Shown: positions 1 to 11,200 of the stretch, in pieces
Position numbering within the stretch: the first letter of the stretch is position 1
Layout of the letters: each line of letters opens with the position of its first letter
Assembly (NCBI GenBank): GCA_030747695.1
Contig: JASLKG010000007.1
Location: 2,261 to 66,260 of the forward strand
Reading direction: 5' to 3'
DNA: 64,000 nt
Source: Candidatus Poseidoniaceae archaeon
GTDB taxonomy: Archaea > Thermoplasmatota > Poseidoniia > Poseidoniales > Poseidoniaceae
Position numbers and translations under genes: made by a program
Notes under the pieces: model-generated
What the model saw: the letters and a program-made list of their open reading frames with translations, nothing else
The model's database searches: none
Told to the model about the DNA's origin: nothing

Positions 1-790
1 GTTCGTATGCAAGAACAGAACCAGTCAGGTCGTTTCGGTTGCCATTCATTGCCGAAAGCCACCACATAGGCTTGAAAGCTACAACTTTCTTCACACGGAT
101 TTGGTCATGAATCGTCCTGCTTAACTGTCCCACATCTTCCAGCCGCCCCTCTTCTAGGAATTCTAATATTTTCCTGTTCCATTCGTCATCTTTTAGTGAA
201 TGAATTCTATCTTCATGAGGTTTGATAGGTTCTGTAAACATTCTATTGGATAAACTCATTACGGATACAGCTACAGCTTTCTTTCCGAGTTTGTTTATGG
301 TATCTAAACATGCTTTAGCAAGTACTGTAGTTTCTGCTCTATTTGAGTATACATTTGTTGAACAGATAACAGCCGGTATCCTATTGCCGGGATTTAACAA
401 CTCTAGTGCGACAACGCTTCCAACATCAATAGGAAAACCATGGTATGCTACTGTCCTTGACTCAAGCCCACGTTCAGCATTTGCCTCATTCCAAGCATGT
501 GCAAACTCAGAGTCAATTTGTAAATCGTAGTGTATTGAACCAATGTCATGAAAATCAGCATCAACCATTACCCATTTTGGATTTGGATCTGCCTGTATTT
601 GATGTCCAATGACACTTGGCCATAGTGTTGAATATATGATTAGTAAGTCTGCATTAGTTTCTTCGATTTCTTTTCTCGCATTATCAAAAGCATCTCGGAC
701 TTTTTGCCACCCTTGGTTTTTCTCTGGACACAATACAGGGTGGGGGTGTGCAGGTACAATTAGTGATTTGACAATCTCTCCTGTCATCAT
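1..790 (-). CDS. amnA: 2-aminophenol 1,6-dioxygenase alpha (non-catalytic) subunit-like, LigB family; runs off the window edge
   Basis: Not in the ORF track. Hand translation from ATG at 790: MMTGEIVKSLIVPAHPHPVLCPEKNQGWQKVRDAF...LIIYSTLWPSVIGHQ...GFPIDVGSVVAL...SLSNRMF...HSLKDDEWNRKILEFL. Paralogous to the upstream beta subunit, with an ATGA overlap on its stop. Confidence 0.8.
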   Translation of the reverse strand, partial: MMTGEIVKSLIVPAHPHPVLCPEKNQGWQKVRDAFDNARKEIEETNADLLIIYSTLWPSVIGHQIQADPNPKWVMVDADFHDIGSIHYDLQIDSEFAHAWNEANAERGLESRTVAYHGFPIDVGSVVALELLNPGNRIPAVICSTNVYSNRAETTVLAKACLDTINKLGKKAVAVSVMSLSNRMFTEPIKPHEDRIHSLKDDEWNRKILEFLEEGRLEDVGQLSRTIHDQIRVKKVVAFKPMWWLSAMNGNRNDLTGSVLAYE

Positions 791-1683
791 ACATCTCCCC
801 ATTTGTAGCATGGCCATTCCACAATAGCATTACCAGTTCCAATAATTGTCCCATAGCCATGTAATGTCGCTGGTTGTTTAGGCATACCCATGGCTGACAA
901 TATCCAAGTGAAGGCACCCCCGTCGGCTTCTGCAATTGCTTGTTCACAAAATTCTGGCATTTCGTTGACAATTTGTTGAGACTTTCCCTGTTTCATCAAA
1001 TCAATCATTCTCATATCCCATAGGTGCATCGCATGGCTCGTGATGTGTTCTTTACTCATATCTTCAGGAGGATTAGTTTCGGTTACAAAGTGCCTATGTG
1101 AGAGAGAATTTGAAGCTAAAAGCAAACATTTCTTTCCACTTTTCTCAATCGCTTTAGCAGTGGATTTACCAAGTTCTATCATCATTTCTTGCATAACTTC
1201 AACTGAATAATAAGAAAGGCTTCTATTGGATGAAATAGAGACAATTGGTTTGTCCCATTCTGGCCTTACCATGTGGCATGAGACTATCGTGCCGTAATCA
1301 ACTCTAAAGTCGGGGTTTTCCATCATCTTCACGGACATGCCCTTAGATTTTGCTTCATCATGAATTGAACGTGCGAGTTCAACATCAATTTGTAGATCAT
1401 AATTAAATCTAAACAAATTTGGAAATACCGGATCAACACTTTTTGATTTGCAGTGTTCTACTCCAATGAAGTGTGTGCCGACATATGTCTGCCAATGGGG
1501 AGATAAAATTACAATCACATCATAATCAACATCTTTTATTGAATCACGCAGTCTCTCATATCCCCAACGTAGTTGTTCCCATCCACCTTCAGACTTTGGT
1601 TCATTTTGTTCAGGGTTTTCTGCATATACTAAGTGAGGAGGGTGAGGAGCGAGGCATCCTGCAACAATACTACCTTTCCCCAT
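787..1683 (-). CDS. amnB: 2-aminophenol 1,6-dioxygenase beta (catalytic) subunit-like extradiol dioxygenase
   Basis: AGCLAPHPPHLVYAENPEQNEPKSEGGWEQLRW, SPHW, SVDPVFPNLFR, FRVDYGT, SNSLSH, AEADGG and GYGTIIGTGNA closely follow AmnB/CnbCb. Likely start MGKGSIV at 1683. Confidence 0.88.
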   Translation of the reverse strand: MGKGSIVAGCLAPHPPHLVYAENPEQNEPKSEGGWEQLRWGYERLRDSIKDVDYDVIVILSPHWQTYVGTHFIGVEHCKSKSVDPVFPNLFRFNYDLQIDVELARSIHDEAKSKGMSVKMMENPDFRVDYGTIVSCHMVRPEWDKPIVSISSNRSLSYYSVEVMQEMMIELGKSTAKAIEKSGKKCLLLASNSLSHRHFVTETNPPEDMSKEHITSHAMHLWDMRMIDLMKQGKSQQIVNEMPEFCEQAIAEADGGAFTWILSAMGMPKQPATLHGYGTIIGTGNAIVEWPCYKWGDV

Positions 1684-1737
1684 GGTTATGCCAAAAGGTT
1701 CCGCACCTTCTATCATTCGGCTCCATCTGGGGGTGTT

Positions 1738-2151
1738 ATGGGCGAAGAAGTACATGACCCCCAATTCCGCCATGTTTTGATTCCATGTATTGCTGGAATA
1801 ATTCTTGTAATGGTTAGTGCTTCATTGTTTAGAGAGGAATATCCTCCAATGGTTGTTTCTATGGTTCTTGGAATATTTGTTTCACCAATATTGGCGATGA
1901 TAACTAAGCCTGGAACTATTTGGGAATATTCTTTAGGTGTAACAGTTGTTTGTTTGCCTGTTGGAGGGCTTTGGATGCTTGGTTCAAGTTATTGGAATGT
2001 TGCTCTAACATTTATTTTGTGGGCTTGGGCAAGTGCAAAATGGCAAAGCACAACTAACCCTCCATTTAAGGTTGGGATTTGGCATGGCTTTGGCATGTCA
2101 TTTTCAATAGTACCTGGAGCAATATTATTCGGCATCATTTTCGGTTCTTAG
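1738..2151 (+). CDS. small multi-pass membrane protein, unknown function
   Basis: About 137 aa, almost entirely hydrophobic segments. Start taken at ATG 1738 to avoid overlap with amnB. Confidence 0.6.
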   Translation: MGEEVHDPQFRHVLIPCIAGIILVMVSASLFREEYPPMVVSMVLGIFVSPILAMITKPGTIWEYSLGVTVVCLPVGGLWMLGSSYWNVALTFILWAWASAKWQSTTNPPFKVGIWHGFGMSFSIVPGAILFGIIFGS

Positions 2152-2203
2152 AGGATTTTTTTCCTCAACAAACTATGTATGCTTCGCGCTCGTGCGCGAG
2201 GGT

Positions 2204-5200
2204 ATGCGCCTAGTTTCCTGTAAGAATACTGCCCTTTTATTGACATTAATTATGGTCCTAATGCCCATGACTCCATTTGCTGATCAAGACTTCAATCAAG
2301 CAGATCGCAATGAAAAACTCAATGAAGAAATCGTCATGAGTACCGGTAATACCGGAAATGCTGATTCGATTGCATTCGGATTACAGTCCGGATGTGCTAT
2401 TGGCGCATCTGGCAACATCAAGTGCTGGGGTGACGGTAGTGAAGGTCAACTCGGCCTAGGTAATACTCAGAACATTGGAGACAGTACTGACGAAACTGGT
2501 ACAGATCTCCCGTTCGTAAACCTCGGAACTAATGCATCGGTGGACAAGATTGTCATGGGCGAAGACCACTCTTGTGCACTATTCACCAATGGCTCAGTCA
2601 AGTGCTGGGGAGAGTCATCTGTGCTGGGACTAGGTTATTCTTCAAGCAATGGCGGCTTCGGTGACGGATATCTCGAAACTGGCGACACATTGCCGTTCTT
2701 GCAATTACCCACTAACCGACATGCTACAATGATTGAAGCTGGAAAGAGCCACACCTGCGCTGTTATGGACAACAACGATCTAATCTGTTGGGGAAACAAC
2801 TCCAAGGGACAAATTGGTATTGGAGCAGTTAGTTCAAGCGAGTCAGAAATATTTGGAGATGCATCTAATGAAATCGGAGACAACTTCTACGTAACAAGCG
2901 TGCCTACTGGACGCACTATCGACAGCATGGCATTGGGTTGGGATCACACCTGTGTAGTCTGGGATAACTACAGCGTATCCTGCTGGGGTGGCAACGACCA
3001 CGGACAACTCGGATTGGATTCAACAACCGACATCGGAGACGGTGCAGGAGAGATGGGAGACAATCTGGATTTCATAGATCTTCCAGGAACCGCTAGCGCA
3101 ATCACTGCAGGTGATGGATTCACTTGTGCTATCGTTGACGACAGTGGAACTGACAAAGCATTCTGCTGGGGATTGAATGACTTTGGACAACTTGGAATCG
3201 AATCTACAACAAATGTTGGAGATGGCTCTGGCGGTTCTATGTCTTCTATCAGTAATGCTGATTTGTCTGAAGAAGTTCAAGCAATTGATGCTGGTGAAGA
3301 CCACGTTTGCGCCATTGTTCTAAAGGGTTCTTCTTACAGACCGGTTCAATGCTGGGGTAACGGAGCAGATGGAAGGCTAGGATACGGTAGCCAAGACAGT
3401 CGAGGAACTGGCCCTGGTTCCGCTAGCGGAATGGGTAGTAACCTGCCTTATGTTCGATTGAATTCAGGAAACACACACTACGCATATACAGCGACTGATA
3501 TCGAAGTTGGCGCTGGAACAAGTTGCGTCATAAAGTATCAAGGTAACAATGACATCATTTGTTGGGGAGACAACGGAATCGGACAACTGGGTTACGGAGA
3601 TACTGAAGACCGTGGAGATGGTCAAACCGATCTACCATTTGTAACTGAATTAAGCCTAAAACTTGATGAAGAAGGCATGGAGAATTCATGTGAAATCCTC
3701 GGAGTTCCAGAGCATCGAACTGGACTTGACAAGAGATTAGATACTGATTCTAGCGACACTGGCGACTTGATTTCGATGTTTGAAATCCCAACCACTGGAT
3801 GCCCTGCAATTGCATACTATGATTCTGGCAGTGACAACCTCAAATTCGCGGCATACGATAATGGAATGTGGTCTGTAGAAACCCTAGGTAGTTACACACG
3901 AATCACAGATATTGACCTTGTAGTTGATTCCAACGGCATACCCCACATTATGCACCTGAATGCAACTTATAATATGGGCGATAATGGTGAACCGGTTTAC
4001 ACAACTAAGACAAATGGAATTTGGACTGAGAGCACTTTGCAAGGAGGCACTATCACCACAAACCTATCTCTATCAATTGACTCTAGTGATTCGATTACTC
4101 TCACAAGGTATTATGAGACCGCCATTCCGTCATACACATTTGCGAGAGACTCATGCTCAACAGATTGTGGAACTTGGTCGAACTGGAACCAAGATAGCAA
4201 TATAAATCAAGATACGGCTTACTTCGAGACTGCTAATGGCCATGAGGTTTTCATCGACAATAGCCAAAATGGATTATACTACCGCCCTGGATCTGGCACA
4301 TCACCATATCTTGTATCTCGTGAAGTATCCCAATCTGACACCTACATGGTGGCAAGCATCGATGCTGCTCCTGATGGAACAGTCGGGATCGCTCACACAA
4401 ACGATACAACATACAAGACCTATTTCTCATACTGTTCAAGCACATGTTCAACACTATCCTCTTGGACAACTGAACTTGTATCTACTGACACTTCTAGCGA
4501 GGTAGTATTGCAATATGATGCCGATGGAACACCTTGGATTCTACTTACCCACAACACAACAGGTGCAACCTTGTTCAAATCGGATAATGGCCAATGGGAT
4601 GGACAAGCAATATCTACATGGCCAGGTGCAGCTGATTCGTTTGGAATGATCATTAACTCTGCAGGATATATATTCACTTCTCTTCACTTGGTCAATCCAG
4701 GAGAATTGTGGGCAGTAACTAATCCTGCAATTGCAGGCGCAGGTTTGTATATAGATGCTGATGGAGATGGTTGGACAGGATTGGAGGAACTTTCCTGTGG
4801 AACAGATCGTATGGTTTCTTCATCCATTCCAGGTGATTTCGATGAAGATGGCCGTTGTGATCGCATGGATACTGTCAACAGCCTACCTTCAGTAGGAGAT
4901 TCCAGTGTTCTTACTCAAGGAATGGATTTCGCTTGTGCAATACTTGATGATGGAGAAATCTACTGTTGGGGTGACAACACATACGGAAAATTAGGTGGCT
5001 CGGGCAGCAGTGCTTCATGGCCTACTGGATTTGAAGCAGTAGATGTTGATGCTGGAGAAAGCCATGCATGTGCACTTTCTTCAGCAGGTGAGATTCTGTG
5101 CTGGGGAAGAAATAACAAGGGACAAATTGGCATTGGTTCGACTTCTTCTTCCGAAAATCCAACTCTTCTAACTCTACCTAATAATCACGTTGCAGCCAAT

Positions 5201-8200
5201 CTTGCAGTAGGTGCAAATCACAATTGTATAACTACAACCACTAGCCAGATTTACTGTTGGGGAGATGGAGAAGATTCTCAAACTGGAGAATATTATGTTC
5301 CAGATACATCTGCTGGATATAATGATGATTTTGAAGCATCAACTGCTGCTTCTTTCTGGACTTTGGAAGGTTCTACTGGCACATTTGGCGATCAGTGGGC
5401 GCTGGACTCTACCGATTCTTCTTCAGGGTCTAATTCATTCAAATCAAGTGGGCATGTCTCAGGTTCCGATGTAGGTTTTTCAATAACTAAAATGTTCATG
5501 AATGGTACTGTTTCCTTCGACTACAAGACGGCTACCTGTCCCAATCTAAACAATTGTAATGACAAATTGTTATTCACTATCGATGGAGATGAAATCAATT
5601 CCACGAAGGGACAAATGAGCAATTGGGCATCATTCAACACCAGTATTGACTCAGGTATGCATACGCTTCGATGGTCTTTTGTTAAAGATGGACAATCTAA
5701 CAATGATGGAGGAGTGGGTAGCGATTATGTCGCAGTTGATAATATTCAAATCCGCACAGGATTCAGAGTTGAAAGTGGCGGTATTGTAGATTCGCCAGAA
5801 GTGATGAGCTTGAATCTTGGTGGCCTTCCTGAAGAGATTGTTGCTGGAGAAAGACATACTTGTTTAACTAACCACTTAGGTGAAATTTGGTGTATGGGTT
5901 ACAACGGTGGAAGCAACAGAATGGTACTTGGAAATTCAAGTACAACTGGGGCGAATTCTTCATCACTTGTGCAGGTAGACATTGGTTTCGGCACCAACTC
6001 TGTAGGAACTGTAACTGCAGGATATGACACTTCTTGCGCTATTTTGGATAACAGCACTCAAGCAGTATGTTGGGGTCAAAGAGACGATTGGAGCGATACA
6101 GGAGGTAGCACCCGATCTGGTGAATTACTCCTAGGTTCATCTTCTCCATCTAATAGTGGAACTGTAGCTGACTTAGGTTTTTCATACGATGATGATTTTG
6201 AAGCAGCAACAATTTCTTCCGAATGGACTTTGGAAGGTTCAAGTGGACAATGGGCACTAGACACGACCGATGCTTCTTCCGGTACTAATTCATTCAAGTC
6301 GAACAACCATGCCACAGATTCAAACATGGGATTTTCAATAACTAGGACGTTTACAAGTGGTTCTGTTTCCTTTGATTACAAAACAGACACATGTCCTAAC
6401 CTAAACCAATGCACGGACAGATTGGTATTCACTATCGATGGAGTTGAAATCAATTCCTCAAAGGGACAAATGATCAATTGGGCATCATTCAGCACCAATA
6501 TTACCGAAGGCGAACATACACTTAGGTGGAGCTACCTCAAAGATGGACTTGCTGCAAATGATGCATCGGGTGACGATGTCGCAGTAGATAATATACAAAT
6601 TCGAACAGGAAATAATGACCGAATTTATTCAATTGCTATGGGTGAATCTCATGCATGTGCTATTGTTGAAAATACTATCCAGTGCTGGGGTGTAGAAGAA
6701 TCCGGTTCTTTTGGACAAGGCTCTAGCACGACTGCAGCATATAGTACGCCACAGACAATTTCTGTACCTTCTGGATGGACTGCAAAGCAGGTTGTAATCG
6801 AGCATTCAACAGATTCAACATGTGGTATCTTCGAAAATTCCGTTGGTAGCTCATCAGTAATGTGCTGGGGTGACGAAACTGCAGTTGGATATTCTACTTC
6901 CAATCCAGTTACCGCCATAACTTATATGATACCAGTTGAAGATAGTAATGGTGACGATATCATTCCTTCAGATGATTCAATCTCCCCTTATGATATCGTA
7001 GACTTACAATCTGGTTCCTCCCACACATGTGCATTATCCCGTCAAGGATTGATTAAGTGCTGGGGATCAAATCAACAAGGGCAATTGGGCATAGCTGGGC
7101 CTGGGTGGAATACGATACGACTTGGAGATAATGCCAATGAAATGGGCATCAATTTGCCATATATCGATTTAGGAGCAAATGTAACTGCAACACAAATTAG
7201 TGTAGGAATGAATCACAACTGTGCGATTGTGCAATCTACTACAGATAGTAGCATGAATGGAAAGGTCATGTGCTGGGGCCACAATAATAAGAGACAAACT
7301 CTCCTCACAGGTTCCGCTGCCGATCATGAACCTAATCCTAGGTTAGTCAACGCATTTGGTAACGATGTTGTTAAGATTGCAGCGGCAAACGAAGTGACTT
7401 GTGCATTAAAGATAGATGGAGAAATACATTGTATGGGCCGTGACTCAGAACGAGCAATTGGCACGACAAGTAGCTATTACGGCCAAGGACCTGCGACTAC
7501 GTTAGAATTCTCTTCTTCTGGTAAATTCATAGATTTGTATGCTTCATCTCATAGCGCTGGTGCAATGTGTGCAACTTCAGTTAGTGGAGCAATCAAGTGT
7601 TGGGGTCAAGGCTCTTACATCAGTCAGACTAGTGTAAATCCAGTTGTATTTTATGACGTCAATGGAATCATAAGCTCAGATTTATCTTTTGGCGAGCAAC
7701 ATGCTTGTATGGTTGTAGGTACAACAACTCAACTGCATGAAACTACTTCTCCATTGACAAATGCAGGTGACATTGTATGTTGGGGAGACAACGCATACGG
7801 AAAATTAGGCATTGGTTCAACAACGGATTTGGGAACTCATAACAATATACTGACGGCTAGACCAATTGATTTCAATGGAACAAAAATGACTTATGTAGAA
7901 TCAAGCATACATCACAATTGTGCAATCTCTGTTTCAGGAGAGGTATATTGCTGGGGAAGCGGTAGTGATGGCAAAATTGGTTATGAAAATACAAACGCTA
8001 TTGGTGACGACACTAATGAATTACCATTCCTAAACGCTGTCGTTTTAGAAGGTAGTGCGAAGTTACTAGCTTTAACCTCTACATCGACTTGTGCTGTGAT
8101 GACTGACAACGAAGTCTACTGTTGGGGTGATGGGAGTTCCGGAAGAACTGGTCATGAAAACTCAGTCGACATAGGAGGGTCCTCGAATCAGATGGGGGTT

Positions 8201-11200
8201 TATCTTGCCCCAACAGATTTGCATATGCGTCCAACCGATTTCGATTTAGATGGCACAATAGACACCTGGGATACTGATGACGATAATGATGGCGCCCTAG
8301 ATGTGGATGATGATTTTAGATTAGACCCATGTGCTGTATTGGATACTGATTCGGATGGAATGCCTGATTTGATTTATCCAAATTGCACAACTACTTTAGT
8401 TGAAGATTTGGATGATGATAATGACAATTGGAACGATACTGTCGAAGAAGCGTGTATCACAAATTCAAAGGATTGGGCAAGTATACCTCGTGATTTAGAT
8501 GCCGATGGCACCTGTGATACTATCGACACTGATGATGATGGTGATGGTTGGAGTGATGTTGATGAACAAGCTTGTGAACGTAAGGAATGGGGTGAGAGAT
8601 ATCTTACAGCACAAAGCAATAATTGGGGATACGGATTCATGTCAGGCTACGGTACAGGAGTTGTATTCTTACCAAATGATCATGGCCATTTATATCAAAC
8701 ACTTGGATTAGACAATAATGCAAGGCAGTTGTGGATCTACGGATTCAAGGAATCTGAAAGCTACGTGTTACGAGATGACATCTACAATACCGGTGGTTCC
8801 CAACAAGGATTTGATTACGAAAGTTATGGCCAGGGTGTTTATGTTGTCAATGATGAAGAATTATTATACCTAAATTATAATTCAAATGTTAATCACGTTT
8901 CGAACTCGCCAAGTGAGATTTATACATTCGATATCACTCATGTTGACCAACATCATGACCTATCAATCTCATCTGATGGCACAGTATACATGACTACTCA
9001 TGACATGATCGTAAGAATTTCTTCAAGTGGCGAAACTGAAATAGCGTACCCTTCTGGCGTGAGTAATTCTACATCGGATGCATCTTACAAACAAATAGCA
9101 GTTGATTCAAACGGCGATGTTCATTTGCTAGCCTACCACGAGGTCGCGTCTCGAATTTATACTTGGATATATGACACTAGTTCAGAGTCTTGGAATTCAG
9201 GCATAGATTCAGGCTCAGGTTCGGTGAGTGATGTCGGACCGGGACGCTCATCATTTGCTGTTGATTCAAGTAACCAACCACATCTTGCACTCATGAAAGG
9301 GTCCTCAGCTACAGATTCTAACTCTTATTTAACTTACCAATTCTATGACAATTCAGGTTCGAATTGGGTTTCAAGGTTTACAGATCAAACACCAAGTGGT
9401 TATAATGGAATCAGTTTAGAATTAGATTCTAACAACGATATACATTTAGCATGGGTTGACAATGGCAACAAATCACTATACTACACCAAGTTGTCATCTA
9501 CATCAAATGCTCAAAGTACAACACTAGTCCAGACTGCCAGCGGCAGCAATAGTTACTGGGATACCAGCCACAAAAGTCTGGAACTGACAATTGGGGCTGG
9601 AGACGATCCATGGATCTCTTGGTCACCTTGGCTGAGAAGTTACAACCAATACAACAAGTTACTTCACTTTGGGACAGTCACTGACAGTTCCTTGGACAGT
9701 ACAGTTTATCCTGGCGATCATGATGGCGATGGAATATGTAACATGCTTGAAGTTGCTACCTTAGATTATGGTTCTGATAGTCTAATCTTTGAGATGGAAA
9801 TGAGTGTTTCATATGCACCTGAATATCCGGCAATGATGCCAACAGGTGTTGCAATAAGTCCGTCACTACCAGCTGGTTTGACACTTAATACGACAACTGG
9901 AGAAATTAGTGGCCGTGTAACAAGCACAGATTTCATTGGCTCTACTTACACTATTTCAACCACTTCTGACGTTGAGGCATGGAATGATAGTATTACAATC
10001 AAATCTACTATGGAAAATCCATTATACACCGGTTACCAGACACTGTTCACTAATAGTTATAGTGACCAAACATCTGCTAAAACAGCCTTCGCAGGTAATG
10101 GTGAGATCGTTACTTTGGAGAGGTATACCTCAACCAGTAGTATCCAGGTAGATGGCGTTGATGCAGGAGGAAATCATGACAATAATGATATTGTTTTGAG
10201 CATGAGAGATCCCACTGGAGATTACATTTGGGCCAAGAGCATTAGAGGAAATACATTCTACATTGAAGATGTTGATGTCGACGACAATGGTAACATTTAC
10301 GCATTATTCCAAGCCACTGCTCATAGTAGCGACCCTGTTGTATTCAATTTCGATGGAGTGACGATTGACAATAACGGAAAAGAAACTGTTATTCTTGCAA
10401 AATGGGATTACTATGGAAATTTACAGTGGGCAATCAATACTGAATCTACAGGTACTTCAACAGATGGCGATTTAGCATCAATATCTAGGAGTAGTGACGA
10501 TGAATCTTCAGAAATGGACTTAGATAAGTCAACTGGCGATGTTGCAATTATCGCTAAAGGAAGGGCTGTCAATGATGATTTGAAGTTCGGGGGCATGCAA
10601 ATTGGACCATTTGGAACTTGTCTATCTACTATCCAACCTTGGGTTGCGAAAGTCAACACAAATGGACAAGTCCAATGGACTTCAGTAGGTAAATCCGACC
10701 CAACTAATTGCAGGGCTACTGATGAGCATCAAGTTGTTTTGCATCATGATGGTTCTGTAACAACTGCGGGACATGTTAATCCATCCAGTAATGGCCAATG
10801 GGATTATGACTTTGGGTCTTCTTCAGCCGCCTACTCAGGCGGAAACTATGCTGCGCGCGCTTCATCTTGGATTGCACATGCAGACTCCTCCGGAAATTGG
10901 TTATGGGCAGAAAATGTGACAACAGAGAGTTCCCATTCATCAGAAAGTTACGAACATTACTTTACAATGGACAAGTATAGCGATGATACTCTATTCTTCG
11001 CATATGTAAGTTCCCGTCAATATTGCACGGATCTTGAATTCGCTGGAAGCTCGACCGGTTCGATGCCAACACAGATCAACAGATTTTGCTTACATGTAGC
11101 AACTATGAACCACACCACCAGTGATGTTATTTCACTTGAAACTCGAATTGGGTATCATTACACTTCAAATACCTTCAGAAGTAATTCGATTTATTCGGCA

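Noticed and set aside
5320..6610. Duplicated segment as a diversity-generating retroelement TR/VR pair
   Set aside because: Differences are not adenine-specific, both copies are coding in one ORF, and there is no reverse transcriptase in the window.
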